Below are positions 16,304 through 26,613 of a stretch of 28,471 bases of DNA, piece after piece. Source of the stretch: Candidatus Methanocomedens sp. (lineage in GTDB: Archaea; Halobacteriota; Methanosarcinia; Methanosarcinales; Methanocomedenaceae); the NCBI GenBank assembly GCA_009649835.1, contig PYCK01000205.1, forward strand, positions 1 through 28,471, given 5' to 3'. The position numbers were made by a program, and so were the translations under genes. Within the stretch, counting starts at the first letter, position 1; each line of letters opens with the position of its first letter. The notes below the pieces were generated by a model, which did not search any database, had not been told where the DNA came from, and saw nothing but the letters and a program-made list of their open reading frames with translations.

Positions 16304-17494
16304 CTATTTTACAAATTCCCCTGGATGGATATTTGTATCAGGTTCTATCATCGAACCCACGTTCAGCATGCTGTTAATGCCTGTATGTACATTATCGCCC
16401 ATAATGGCACCCAGTTTCCTGCGTCCGGAATCAACCATTGTGCCCATTATCTTCACCTTGATATTGGCACCATCATGCCGCAGGTTCGCCACCTTTGTCC
16501 CTGCACCGAAATTGCAGTCTGAGCCAATTATACTATCGCCCACGTATGAAAGATGTCCGACATGGGTCCGGTCCATGATAATGGAAGCCTTGACCTCTAC
16601 AGCGTTGCCAATGCGCACGCCCCTGCCCAGACTTGTATAAGGCCTGATGTAACAATTTGGCCCGATATCACAATCAGGCCCGATAATTACCGGCCCTTCA
16701 ATGTAAGCACCGCTCCTCACCCTGGCACCCTCACCCACGACCACAGGGCCGTGGATATGCACATCATCCTCAACCTCGCCCAAAATAGCTTTTGAAATAG
16801 TCTTCAGGTACTCCATGTTCGCATCCAGCAAGTCCCACGGCCTGCCAATATCCAGCCATGTGCCGTCCAGTACCTGGTATCCCATGTGAATGCCGCTATC
16901 GATCATATCCTGTATCGTCCTGGTTATCTCGTATTCATCCCTTGCTGAGACGGGCGTACTATCTATGGCCGCGAACACCTCTGGCTCGAACACATAGATG
17001 CCTGCATTGGCAAGATCGGTGGGCGGCTTTTCAGGTTTTTCATGCAGGCGCAGTACATAGCCACCATCTACCTCAAGTACACCGAACCGGGATGGATCAT
17101 CCACCTCCATGGCAGCCATAACAGCTACTTCATCCCGCTCCAGCAAAGTCCTTACCTGGGCAGACGTAATCATAACATCGCCATTCAACACAAGGAACCT
17201 GTCATCAATAAGAGACCTGGCAGTCCCGATGGCATGGGCCGTACCCAGTCGTTCTTCCTGGATAATATAATCGATCTTGACCCCTAAAGCCGAACCACCC
17301 CCAAAATATTCAACAATAGTATCGCCGTGGTACCCTACCACAAGCACGAACTCTCTTATTCCGGCATCCCTGGCCTGCTCGATGACATGCTGCAAAAGGG
17401 GACGGTTGCCAATGGGAAGCATGACCTTGGGGCGGTTCCTTGTAAGCGGACGCATTCGCGTCCCTTCTCCGGCTGCAAGGATGACGGCTTTCAT
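16304..17494 (-). CDS. glmU: Bifunctional sugar-1-phosphate nucleotidylyltransferase/acetyltransferase (archaeal GlmU)
   Basis: LAAGEGTRMRPLT...KVMLP, LNGD, HEKP, hexapeptide repeats with GHLSYVGDS and NFGAGTKVANLRHD. Confidence 0.9.
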   Translation of the reverse strand: MKAVILAAGEGTRMRPLTRNRPKVMLPIGNRPLLQHVIEQARDAGIREFVLVVGYHGDTIVEYFGGGSALGVKIDYIIQEERLGTAHAIGTARSLIDDRFLVLNGDVMITSAQVRTLLERDEVAVMAAMEVDDPSRFGVLEVDGGYVLRLHEKPEKPPTDLANAGIYVFEPEVFAAIDSTPVSARDEYEITRTIQDMIDSGIHMGYQVLDGTWLDIGRPWDLLDANMEYLKTISKAILGEVEDDVHIHGPVVVGEGARVRSGAYIEGPVIIGPDCDIGPNCYIRPYTSLGRGVRIGNAVEVKASIIMDRTHVGHLSYVGDSIIGSDCNFGAGTKVANLRHDGANIKVKIMGTMVDSGRRKLGAIMGDNVHTGINSMLNVGSMIEPDTNIHPGEFVK

Positions 17495-17542
17495 AGGATG
17501 TTGTTTTGGTGTTGTTACAATAAAAAGATGTTTACTTTTATC

Positions 17543-18847
17543 TCAGGAAGAACCGATCGACGATTCTACTGTACGACAGGTTTTAATGAACAGTTCGTCC
17601 ACTCCAAGGCGTGCCTCGGCAGTCACCCGTATCTTGGGCTCTGTACCTGAGGGCCTGACCAGCACCCAGCCGTTCCCGGTAGCCACCCTGATCCCATCAA
17701 TGGTACTGACCTCTCCGAGGGAAGATAATTCACCTGCAATCCCTGCCATTGCTCCCTCCTTTCGCTTGTCAGGACAGGTTATACCGATCCTCCTGGTCTG
17801 GTACACAGGCAGTTCATCCACCATTTCTGAAAGTTTCCGGGTGCCCATGATCTCTATTAATCTCACAGCAGCATATATGCCGTCCGGGCAAAAGGAAATT
17901 CGGGGGAATATCCAGCTTCCTGAGGGCTCGCCTCCAAAAGCTGCCCCTTCCTTTTTCATTGCCTCGGCCACGTAAACGTCACCAACCCTGCTTCGAATGA
18001 TACTGGTACCAGGCAGGGCATCATCCACTATCATGGAAGTATCCACAGGAACAACTATACTGTCAGCCTCTTCATGAGCGGCAAAGATCGCAAGTAACTG
18101 GTCACCGCCCACGAACCTGCCCTTATCATCTACAGCCATCATCCGGTCTGCATCACCATCATGGGCTATACCCAGATCCGCACCCCAATCTTTTACAGTC
18201 TGCATAAGAAGCCCTAAATTCTCCTCTTTTGGTTCCGGGTTCCTGGCACGAAAATGACCGTCCGGGTTGGAGTTCAATGCAAGCACCCGGCACCCCAGCC
18301 TTCGAAGCAGGAAAGGTGTTATCACGGAAGCGGCCCCGTTGCCGCAGTCAACCACGACCCTTAGATCCTGCAAATCGCCTGAATGTTTCATTATAGCTTT
18401 TATATGGTCCTCAACAGCATTCCCGTAGATGTTTATGCCACCGACCCCATCCCATTTCGCAAGTAAATACCTGGATGATGCTACAGCCTCTTCAATCCCT
18501 TCCTGCTGCCGGCTGTCAAAGGCCATTCCATCCGGGTTCCATAGTTTCATCCCCACATATTCTGCAGGATTATGGGAAGCAGTGATCATAACACCTAAAC
18601 TATAGTTCCTGGCAGCATATGCAAGGGTGGGCGTGGGCACCATACCTAACAGGGTAACATCACACCCGGCAGACATCAGGCCTGCTGCAAAAGCTTCTTC
18701 TATCATCATCCCGGCCACTCTTGGGTCTGTTGCAATCACAGCATCCGAGCAACCCTTCCCGGCAGCTTTTCCCACATTGAGTGCCAGCTCAGGCGTGACA
18801 TCAACATTGGTAATTCCCCTTATTCCCGAAGAACCGAACAGTCTCAC
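17543..18847 (-). CDS. glmM: Phosphoglucosamine mutase
   Basis: [15 protein letters not shown] (phospho-Ser), DGDADR, GGEPSG, RPSGTEP. Confidence 0.93.
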   Translation of the reverse strand: MRLFGSSGIRGITNVDVTPELALNVGKAAGKGCSDAVIATDPRVAGMMIEEAFAAGLMSAGCDVTLLGMVPTPTLAYAARNYSLGVMITASHNPAEYVGMKLWNPDGMAFDSRQQEGIEEAVASSRYLLAKWDGVGGINIYGNAVEDHIKAIMKHSGDLQDLRVVVDCGNGAASVITPFLLRRLGCRVLALNSNPDGHFRARNPEPKEENLGLLMQTVKDWGADLGIAHDGDADRMMAVDDKGRFVGGDQLLAIFAAHEEADSIVVPVDTSMIVDDALPGTSIIRSRVGDVYVAEAMKKEGAAFGGEPSGSWIFPRISFCPDGIYAAVRLIEIMGTRKLSEMVDELPVYQTRRIGITCPDKRKEGAMAGIAGELSSLGEVSTIDGIRVATGNGWVLVRPSGTEPKIRVTAEARLGVDELFIKTCRTVESSIGSS

Positions 18848-18855
18848 TATATCAC

Positions 18856-20679
18856 CTATTCCACTGTAACGCTCTTGGCAAGGTTCCTTGGCTTATCAAT
18901 AGAACATTTCAGTTCCAGCGCCGTATAGTAAGCCAGTAGCTGGATAACCACAGAGGACAGCAGTGGTGTAAGCATCTCATCAGTTTTTGGGATGGGAATT
19001 ACAAAATCAGCAAATTTCTCAATCTCACAATAGTCGTCGCAATCTACTATAGCAATTACTGAAGCATCCCTTGCCGTTACCTCTTTAATATTACTGAGTA
19101 TTTTGTCATATGTATGACCCTGTGGGGCAATGGCCACCACTGGTACGTCCTTTGATATCAGGGCAAGTGGCCCGTGTTTCAACTCTCCGGCTGCATACCC
19201 CTCGGCATGGATATATGAGATCTCCTTCAGTTTAAGTGCGCCTTCCAGTGCCACCGGATAATTGATATTGCGGCCGATAAAAAAATAATCTTTTGCTTTG
19301 ACGAACATTGATGCACATTCATGAATCGTTCCGGCATCTTCGAGGATACGGCTTACATGTCCGGGAATCTTTCGAAGTTCTGATAGCAGCATCCTTGCCC
19401 TGTCAGCATCCATCATGGACCTTGCTCTCGCAAAATGGATAGCCAGCAGGTACAGCATCACCAATTGTGAAGTGAATGACTTCGTAGCAGCCACACCGAT
19501 CTCTGGCCCGGCCCTGGTGTAGATGGTATGGGATGCATCCCTGGAAATAGTACTGCCTACCACGTTTGTAATTGCCAGCGTCCTGCAGCCGTAGGATGCA
19601 GCTTCACGTACGGCCGCTAACGTATCTGCGGTCTCGCCGGACTGGGTGATCGCGATTACCAGGGTAGACGGGGCAAGTACCGGGCTGGAATACCTGAACT
19701 CAGAGCCTGTATCCACATCAGTATGTATGCCAGCCAGTCCTTCAAACAGGTACTTGCCCAGCAATCCGGCATTATAAGACGTACCGCATGCAATGATCTC
19801 GATCCTCTGGAACTGCCTGATCTCATTACGGTCCAGTCCCAGTTCCCCGAAGTTGACATCTCCTTCAAGTTCATGCAGCCGCCCTGTCATGGTCTCATGT
19901 ATGGACCTTGTCTGTTCGTGTATCTCCTTTAACATAAAGTGGGGATAACCGGCCTTTTCAGCGGCTTCCAGGTCCCATTCGATGATGTGTTCCTCTTTTT
20001 CCACCGGGTTACCTTCCATGTCAAAAACCCGGACCGAACCCTGTTTTACTGAGATGAGTTCCAGGTTGTCAATATATATGATCCGGTTCGTGTATTTCAG
20101 GATGGCGGGAATATCAGAGGCTATAAAATTCTCATCCTTGCCCAGGCCTATGATCAATGGGCTGTCCTTTCTTGCAGCTATCAGTTCATCGGGATGTTCA
20201 TTGCTCAGTACTCCGATCGCATAGGAACCACGGACATGTCCCAGTGCAGTACCAACAGCCAGACCCAGGTCGTCTGAATAATACTTATTGATCAGGTGGG
20301 CCAGCACTTCAGTATCAGTATCAGAAATGAAAACAAACCCTTCTGAAATTAATTCACTTTTAAGTTCCTGGTAATTCTCTATAATCCCATTGTGTACCAC
20401 GCAGATATTACCTGAACAATGTGGATGTGCATTTTGGGTTGTTGGTCTTCCGTGGGTGGCCCACCTGGTATGACCTATACCCACATGGGATGAAATTTCG
20501 GGAACGATTGCTTCGAGTTCTGATATCTCTCCTTCATTCTTGAATATCCTGGCTTTTCCTTTATCATCAATAATAGCCATACCAGCAGAATCATATCCCC
20601 TGTATTCCAGCTTCCTGAGGGATTCTAAAAGGATATTTACAGTATCCCCATCCCCAATATATCCTACGATTCCGCACAT
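18856..20679 (-). CDS. glmS: Glutamine-fructose-6-phosphate aminotransferase
   Basis: True start MCGIVG (Cys1 nucleophile) at 20679; [57 protein letters not shown]. Confidence 0.97.
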   Translation of the reverse strand: MCGIVGYIGDGDTVNILLESLRKLEYRGYDSAGMAIIDDKGKARIFKNEGEISELEAIVPEISSHVGIGHTRWATHGRPTTQNAHPHCSGNICVVHNGIIENYQELKSELISEGFVFISDTDTEVLAHLINKYYSDDLGLAVGTALGHVRGSYAIGVLSNEHPDELIAARKDSPLIIGLGKDENFIASDIPAILKYTNRIIYIDNLELISVKQGSVRVFDMEGNPVEKEEHIIEWDLEAAEKAGYPHFMLKEIHEQTRSIHETMTGRLHELEGDVNFGELGLDRNEIRQFQRIEIIACGTSYNAGLLGKYLFEGLAGIHTDVDTGSEFRYSSPVLAPSTLVIAITQSGETADTLAAVREAASYGCRTLAITNVVGSTISRDASHTIYTRAGPEIGVAATKSFTSQLVMLYLLAIHFARARSMMDADRARMLLSELRKIPGHVSRILEDAGTIHECASMFVKAKDYFFIGRNINYPVALEGALKLKEISYIHAEGYAAGELKHGPLALISKDVPVVAIAPQGHTYDKILSNIKEVTARDASVIAIVDCDDYCEIEKFADFVIPIPKTDEMLTPLLSSVVIQLLAYYTALELKCSIDKPRNLAKSVTVE

Positions 20680-20702
20680 TATTTGCTCAGTCCATTCCAA
20701 AT

Positions 20703-21911
20703 TTAAAAAACTTTTGAGTCCCTGGGTATATACCTGGAAACATTTACCCCTGATGCAATACTGCATCCAGTGGATATCATCTTACCAGGTTCGGTTAAAA
20801 CCTTGTGCTTGATGTTATTCCCGTCACCGATCACAGTACCAAGTTTGGCAGCCCTGTGAAGAATGCCTTTCATTTCGATAAATAAGTCCTCTCCGGTCTC
20901 AGTAATGAAATGGGAACCTATACTGTTGTGGGCACCGAGTATTGAGTTGGAGATATATGAAAATGCACCGACCCTGACATCGTGCATTATTATGCTGTTC
21001 TTTATCATGGTTGACGGTTCAATAGTTGAATTGCTGCCAATGGTCGTAGAAGGAAGTATTACTGCATTCGGACCGATCTCGCAATTTTTTCCTATTACTA
21101 CCGGCCCGAGGATATACGAACCTGGATGAATGACTGTATCCGGGCCGATACTTACTCTACCCCTGACCACGGCTCCATCTTCGATCATGCAGTCATTTAC
21201 TATCGGTTCGAATCGATCAAGCATATAGGCATTTGCTTTTAGTAAGTCCCAGGAATGTACGGCATCCAGCCACATGGCTTCTGAATGGACCATGTTAACG
21301 TTCTTACCGTCGTCGATCATATGCTGGATAGTATCTGTGATGGCATACTCACCAGTCTCGGAAATAGAGGTTGATTCTATATAATTAAAAATATCAGGAT
21401 TGAAGATATATATCCCGGTATTCACACTATGGCTCAGGTCTTCTTTTGTCTTTTCGATGATCTTCATCACTCTGTGTTTTTCAGATAATACCACACCATA
21501 TCCTTCAGTATGCTCTCTGACAACGGTCAGTATAGTCGCATCACCTGATCTCCCGGCAAGGATATCAGAGATCGTATCAGCTTCTACAATATTATCACCG
21601 TTTAGGACTATGAACTCATCATCCACGTAAGACGATACCTGTTTTATAGCATGTGCAGTGCCGATCTGGCCCTTTTGCTCTACATAAGTAATATTTACCC
21701 CGAAATCCACTCCATCCCGAAAATGATCCATCATTCGCTCTTTTTTGTATCCTACGACCATAATTATGTCATCAATACCACATTTGAAAAGAGCATCAAT
21801 AATATGTTCAAGGATTGGTTTGTTTGCCACAGGCAGCATTACCTTTGATCTGGTGAGTGTAAGGGGGCGGCATCTCAATCCTTCTCCCGCTCCAAGTATT
21901 ACGGCTTTCAT
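20703..21911 (-). CDS. GlmU-like sugar-phosphate nucleotidylyltransferase paralog with degenerate acetyltransferase region
   Basis: LGAGEGLRCRPLT...KVMLP, LNGDN, IIEK, hexapeptide repeats; lacks GHLSY and NxGAG. Confidence 0.85.
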   Translation of the reverse strand: MKAVILGAGEGLRCRPLTLTRSKVMLPVANKPILEHIIDALFKCGIDDIIMVVGYKKERMMDHFRDGVDFGVNITYVEQKGQIGTAHAIKQVSSYVDDEFIVLNGDNIVEADTISDILAGRSGDATILTVVREHTEGYGVVLSEKHRVMKIIEKTKEDLSHSVNTGIYIFNPDIFNYIESTSISETGEYAITDTIQHMIDDGKNVNMVHSEAMWLDAVHSWDLLKANAYMLDRFEPIVNDCMIEDGAVVRGRVSIGPDTVIHPGSYILGPVVIGKNCEIGPNAVILPSTTIGSNSTIEPSTMIKNSIIMHDVRVGAFSYISNSILGAHNSIGSHFITETGEDLFIEMKGILHRAAKLGTVIGDGNNIKHKVLTEPGKMISTGCSIASGVNVSRYIPRDSKVF

Positions 21912-22095
21912 GTAAATTCATATCTATTATATATTTGAACAATATAAATCATTTGTAGAACATTCCAGCTATATGGTCCGAAATAGTATGGTAGCCGATA
22001 GATTAATCAACCTTATCCACATAATGAAAGCCCCACAAGAATAATATTGATTTATAATTAAATTACTAATACTATTTCATGGACGGAGGATAATA

Positions 22096-22545
22096 ATGAC
22101 AACAGTGTATGATATTCCTGCAGATATACTGATTAAGAATGTAGGACAGAAACTAAAAAATGAAAATTTTATACAAACCCCTGATTGGGGGTCCCTGATT
22201 AAGACCGGTGTCCACAAGGAACTGTCTCCAATGGACCAGGACTGGTGGTACACCAGGTGTGCATCTATAGTACGCAGGGTTTATATTGATGGTCCGACAG
22301 GTGTTTCAAGGCTCAAGAGCTTTTACGGCGGAAAGATGCGAGGGGGTTCAGCATCCCCACATCACGTGAAAGGTAGCGGTTCTGTTGTAAGAGAAGCACT
22401 TCAGCAGCTTGAAAGTGCAGGTCTTGTCAAATCTGTAAAGAAAGGCCGGATAGTTACTCCAAAGGGTCAGTCCTTGCTTGATAATGTTGCACATGAGGCA
22501 AAGTCAGGATTGCTGGAGCAATACCCTGGTATTGAAAAATATTAG
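22096..22545 (+). CDS. rps19e: 30S ribosomal protein S19e
   Basis: MTTVYDIPA, KTGVHKELSP, DWWYTRCASIVR, GSGSVVREALQQLE. Confidence 0.97.
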   Translation: MTTVYDIPADILIKNVGQKLKNENFIQTPDWGSLIKTGVHKELSPMDQDWWYTRCASIVRRVYIDGPTGVSRLKSFYGGKMRGGSASPHHVKGSGSVVREALQQLESAGLVKSVKKGRIVTPKGQSLLDNVAHEAKSGLLEQYPGIEKY

Positions 22546-22582
22546 GTATTCCCGAATATAATTATTTTCAGGAGGTTGTGTG

Positions 22583-22933
22583 ATGGCTGAAGATGAACTG
22601 GAAGCTATCAGACGTCGGAAAATGGAAATGTTAAGGCAGCAGCAACAGGCGCAAATGCCAGACCCACAGGCTGCTGCCCAGCAAGAACAGGCCATGGCCG
22701 AGATGGAAGCAAGGAAACAAGCCATCTTGCGTTCAATCCTGACACCTGAAGCCAGGGAGAGATTGAATACATTGAGGATGACAAAGCCTGAACTTGTGCA
22801 AAGTGTGGAGGCACAGCTTGTGGGACTGGGACAATCGGGCAGGCTGCAGGGTAAGATAGATGATGCTAAACTGAAAAATCTCTTGATTCAATTGCAACCC
22901 AAAAAACGTGAGATGAGCATAACCCGGAAATGA
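22583..22933 (+). CDS. PDCD5-family DNA-binding protein
   Basis: [32 protein letters not shown]...[21 protein letters not shown]. Confidence 0.93.
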   Translation: MAEDELEAIRRRKMEMLRQQQQAQMPDPQAAAQQEQAMAEMEARKQAILRSILTPEARERLNTLRMTKPELVQSVEAQLVGLGQSGRLQGKIDDAKLKNLLIQLQPKKREMSITRK

Positions 22934-23535
22934 AGGCCTATGTGTTGTTCAGTAGCGGCAAGGACAGTTCCCTTGCAGCGATCCTGCTGGAACCATTTTT
23001 CGATGTGGAACTGGTAACTATCAATTTTGGTATCGTACCCACGTATGAATTCGCACGTCAATCTGCATCCAGGCTTGGATTCCCCCACAATGTGATAATG
23101 CTGCGGCCTTCCCTGATCGAAAAAGCTGCTGCAATGTTGCTTGAAGACGCGTTCCCCGGGCGTGCGATCAACTATCTTCATAAGAGCGCACTGGAAGCTG
23201 TATGTTCAAAACCGGACACTACCATCGTGGCCGACGGCACTCGCCGGGATGACAGGGTGCCTATGCTTTCCCCGGCACAGGTAAGAAGCCTGGAAGACAG
23301 GCACAATATCAAGTATATCAGGCCGCTTTCAGGCTACGGCCGGTCTGCAGTTGATGTTTTGGTGGACGCCCATCTACTGGTTGTACAGGGAGAAAGTGAC
23401 AGCATAGAAAAGGCCGATTATGAAGTAGAACTCAGGTCTTTTATACGAAAACAATATAACGAAGGTGATAGTATTGTGGAGCGTTTATTTCCCACACATA
23501 TACAATCACGCGTAACAGACAGGAAGCATTCATAA
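22930..23535 (+). CDS. PP-loop ATPase-like protein of unknown function (COG2117-like)
   Basis: [31 protein letters not shown]; ATGA overlap with PDCD5. Confidence 0.85.
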   Translation: MKAYVLFSSGKDSSLAAILLEPFFDVELVTINFGIVPTYEFARQSASRLGFPHNVIMLRPSLIEKAAAMLLEDAFPGRAINYLHKSALEAVCSKPDTTIVADGTRRDDRVPMLSPAQVRSLEDRHNIKYIRPLSGYGRSAVDVLVDAHLLVVQGESDSIEKADYEVELRSFIRKQYNEGDSIVERLFPTHIQSRVTDRKHS

Positions 23536-23566
23536 TATCTCGATAATCAATGAAGGTGTAGCTAAT

Positions 23567-23722
23567 ATGAGTAAAAAATCAAAAGGCAAGAAAATAAGGT
23601 TGGCTAAAGCCCATAACCAAAATCATAGGGTCCCTTCATGGGCCATAATCAAGACTAACAGGGCTGTAGTGACCCATCCTAAACGCAGGCACTGGAGACG
23701 CAGCAGTCTGAATATCGGATAA
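23567..23722 (+). CDS. rpl39e: 50S ribosomal protein L39e (absent from ORF track, 51 aa)
   Basis: Hand translation: [51 protein letters not shown]. Confidence 0.97.
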   Translation: MSKKSKGKKIRLAKAHNQNHRVPSWAIIKTNRAVVTHPKRRHWRRSSLNIG

Positions 23723-23734
23723 AGGGTGAAAAAC

Positions 23735-24004
23735 ATGGTAGATACAGGTGAAGAGCAGGTTTATACGATTCCACTAAGGGCAGTAAAGTATGTGCCCCGC
23801 TGGCAGCGCAGCAAGAAAGCAGTGAGTGAGGTTTTCAGGTACCTTGAGCGTCATACAAAAACTGACAGGGAATTGATCAGGATGAATCCCAATATCAGTG
23901 AAAAAATATGGGATCGCGGATCAGAGAAACCACCATCGAAGATCAGGGTCAAGGCTATGAAGTTCGAAGATGGGGTCGTGGAAGCCGAACTGGCAGCCGA
24001 GTGA
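23735..24004 (+). CDS. rpl31e: 50S ribosomal protein L31e
   Basis: EQVYTIPLR, RSKKAVSEV, IWDRGSEKPPSKIRV; start at ATG 23735 after GGGTGA plus 5 nt. Confidence 0.96.
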   Translation: MVDTGEEQVYTIPLRAVKYVPRWQRSKKAVSEVFRYLERHTKTDRELIRMNPNISEKIWDRGSEKPPSKIRVKAMKFEDGVVEAELAAE

Positions 24005-24053
24005 CATTGACAAAGTCCTTTTTTTTAAGGATCTAACCACTTTTATTATATAA

Positions 24054-24713
24054 ATGGCTAACCAGACCGATTTTAGAGGTAATTCTGTCCTTGGTGTATA
24101 TGCCAGATGCACCGAGGATTTTGTCTTATTACCCAGGGAAGCAGACAGGCAGTTCAAACAGGTTATAGGAGATGCTTTGGATGTGGATGTGATTCCCACA
24201 TCTGTGGACGGGAGCAGCATTATAGGCTGCCTGTGCTGTGGGAATAGTAACGGGCACCTGGTATCTGAAAGAGTGAACGACGCTGAACTTGAGGAGATCG
24301 GGAAATATGTACGTATTAAACGGCTGGAGGGTATTCTCACGGCAGCAGGTAATAATATACTTGTAAATGATACTGCAGCCCTTGTAAATCCTAATATGCC
24401 AGACCGGGCCGTGGAAGAGATAGGTGAATTCCTGGACGTGGAAGTGTACAGGGGCACCATCGGCGGACTCAAGACTGTGGGGATGGCAGCTACTGTTACC
24501 AATAAAGGAGTACTGGTACATCCCAGGGCCAGCAAATTCGAACTGGACAGGCTGGATGAGATATTTTCTCTTCATGTAGATATCGGTACAGTGAATATGG
24601 GTTCTCCACTGGTAGGGTCGGGATTGCTGGCTAATTCAAAAGGATATGTCATAGGCAGGGAAACCACAGGGCATGAGATGGGGCGTATCGAGGATGCGCT
24701 GGGATATATCTGA
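24054..24713 (+). CDS. eif6: Translation initiation factor 6 (aIF6)
   Basis: GNSVLGVY, AAGNNILVND, TVTNKGVLVHP, GTVNMGSPLVGSG, TTGHEMGRIEDAL. Confidence 0.96.
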   Translation: MANQTDFRGNSVLGVYARCTEDFVLLPREADRQFKQVIGDALDVDVIPTSVDGSSIIGCLCCGNSNGHLVSERVNDAELEEIGKYVRIKRLEGILTAAGNNILVNDTAALVNPNMPDRAVEEIGEFLDVEVYRGTIGGLKTVGMAATVTNKGVLVHPRASKFELDRLDEIFSLHVDIGTVNMGSPLVGSGLLANSKGYVIGRETTGHEMGRIEDALGYI

Positions 24714-24718
24714 TATTA

Positions 24719-25525
24719 TTATTTCATTTCTTTTATTATTTTGACGATCTGCTTGATATCAGTGATGATGATATCTGCCTCTGAAGAAAGCTTTTCCATG
24801 CACGTACCTGTCTGCTGGATAGATAGAACACCCAGGTCTGAAGCTCTCAGCGCCAGTATGTCGTTCATGCCGTCACCCACCATGACCACTTTATCGTATT
24901 GCTTTTTAAGAGATCTGATCACCCATTCCTTCTTTTGCGGCGTGGCCACATCATAGACACGCTCAATAGGTATTTCGACCAACCTGGCCAGGTTCTCCAG
25001 GTTACGCATGCTGTCACCTGAGGCAATGTATACATCAATCTTCATACTCTGTAAGGTATTAAGTACAGCCGGTGTATTGGCAAATGGCCTGCCACCTGTG
25101 CTTATAGTATATACTATGCCCTGGGATTTTGTATCAACGATAAATCCTACGCCCAGGTAAAATACATCAGGGCATTTTAGCTTGATTGCATTCACGACAT
25201 CATGGATGTCCTGCATGCTGGTCAGGGTATCGTTCTTGATACACTGTGCTGCGTCATCGAGAGTGATTGGACTGCTTGAACAGCTAAGGTCGATCCTGAT
25301 CTTATTGTCAATTAAAAATTCGTAGATTCGTTTTGTGGACTGGCAGCTCATGATCTTATCAGGGTCAGTATGCATGATCACTAATCCGCAGTTTGGTTTT
25401 TTGCTTACCAGGTCAGTTGTGATGATGTCATCGATATATTTACCTGTGAGTGTATCCTTTGCCACCCTGTACATGTGCAGTAATGTACCTGCACTGTCAA
25501 ATACAACAGCAATACTCTCATCCAT
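24719..25525 (-). CDS. HAD hydrolase, soluble P-type-ATPase-like (COG4087-like)
   Basis: VFDSAGTL, IASGD, KK, MVGDGMNDILAL; no TM segments. Confidence 0.85.
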   Translation of the reverse strand: MDESIAVVFDSAGTLLHMYRVAKDTLTGKYIDDIITTDLVSKKPNCGLVIMHTDPDKIMSCQSTKRIYEFLIDNKIRIDLSCSSSPITLDDAAQCIKNDTLTSMQDIHDVVNAIKLKCPDVFYLGVGFIVDTKSQGIVYTISTGGRPFANTPAVLNTLQSMKIDVYIASGDSMRNLENLARLVEIPIERVYDVATPQKKEWVIRSLKKQYDKVVMVGDGMNDILALRASDLGVLSIQQTGTCMEKLSSEADIIITDIKQIVKIIKEMK

Positions 25526-25758
25526 TGCAGTGAAAGACCATTTAGTCCTATAACTAATTTTCTACAACTGAAAAGAGGGGATGAATACCTGCAAGAAAAT
25601 TTGTATTGAGGGATAGTTAATGGACAGGACATAAAATCTGGTAGGTATATTGGATAACTATCTTGGGGTGATGCAAGTATTCACAGTTTATCATTATTAT
25701 TCATAGCATATATAATGTGTGGTCAATTCAGGAAAATGACGTGAAAATAAAGAAAAAA

Positions 25759-25833
25759 CGGGCGCAGAGGGATTTGAACCCTCGATCTTCAGCTTAGGAG
25801 GCTGCTGCCATATCCAGGCTTGGCCACGCGCCC
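25759..25833 (-). tRNA. tRNA-Arg (CCT), 75 nt, no intron
   Basis: GGGCGCG/TGCGCCC acceptor stem, GCCA/TGGC D-stem, CTCCTAA anticodon loop, GAGGG-TTCAAAT-CCCTC T-arm. Confidence 0.95.
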
Positions 25834-25888
25834 GCGATGATTGTGGACTTACTCTAAACTGGTTATTATGTATTAAATATTGCCCATG

Positions 25889-25930
25889 AAACAAGAAAAT
25901 CCTCCCTACGGTCGGATTAACTTGAGTACA
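25889..25930. repeat. Dispersed hairpin element, copy 2 (first copy at 3612-3655)
   Basis: AAACAAGAAA overlapping the hairpin AATCC-TC-CC-TAC-GG-TC-GGATT (25898-25918), followed by A-ACTT-G-AGTACA. Confidence 0.65.
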
Positions 25931-26060
25931 AAAAGTTATATTTTATGTACAATGAAAAAACCTTGCCGGGCAACCAGGATGGATTATGTGCGATATGTTT
26001 ATTATTGTTAAAGATATAAAAGCATGAAAATCATCATTGTATTCATAAAGGAGTAATCAA

Positions 26061-26441
26061 ATGCAGTATCAAGGTAAATCAAGACGTAAATACACAGGTG
26101 GACGGCGCATCGCCTCAAAGGGTAAGAGAAAATTTGAATTAGGCAGGGAAGCCGCTGAACCCCACCTGGATGAAACCAGGCGAAAAAATGTGGACACCCT
26201 GGGCGGCAACAGGAAGGTTCGACTGCTCAGGTGCAATATGGCAAATGTGACAGATCCATCAAACAATTCAACCAGGCAAGTGTCCATCGAGACAGTGGTT
26301 GATAATAATAGCAACAAGCACTACATAAGAAGGAACATCTTATCCCGGGGCGGTATTGTCCGGACCGAGATGGGAAACGCCAGGATAACCAGCCGTCCGG
26401 GTCAGGATGGTGTGGTGAATGCAGTATTGATAAAGGAATAA
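26061..26441 (+). CDS. rps8e: 30S ribosomal protein S8e
   Basis: [53 protein letters not shown]; SD AAGGAG. Confidence 0.97.
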   Translation: MQYQGKSRRKYTGGRRIASKGKRKFELGREAAEPHLDETRRKNVDTLGGNRKVRLLRCNMANVTDPSNNSTRQVSIETVVDNNSNKHYIRRNILSRGGIVRTEMGNARITSRPGQDGVVNAVLIKE

Positions 26442-26449
26442 ATCTTTGA

Positions 26450-26514
26450 CCGGCCGGTATGATATCAGTCTAAATGATATCGGTCGGAATGATTATTTTT
26501 GGTTGTAATTTTTT
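26450..26514 (+). terminator. Probable rps8e terminator
   Basis: Bulged stem CCGGCC/GGTCGG plus GATATCA/TGATATC, followed by T-rich runs. Confidence 0.45.
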
Positions 26515-26613
26515 CTTGAGTGTTTTTATCGAAATCTTCTATCGAAACAAAACCCAAAAATATATGTCTTTTGGCATCACAGCACTTTTTATTGTACATC
26601 AGGGGTGACCACT

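Noticed and set aside
20680-20766. N-terminal extensions in the ORF track (glmS; also fwdG, MFS, rpl31e, mmp10)
   Set aside because: Downstream ATGs fit family N-termini and SD/TATA spacing; GlmS needs Cys at position 2.
25581-25683. 11/12-bp inverted repeat TGAATACCTGCA / TGCAAGTATTCA
   Set aside because: The arms are about 80 nt apart with no other support; plausible by chance.
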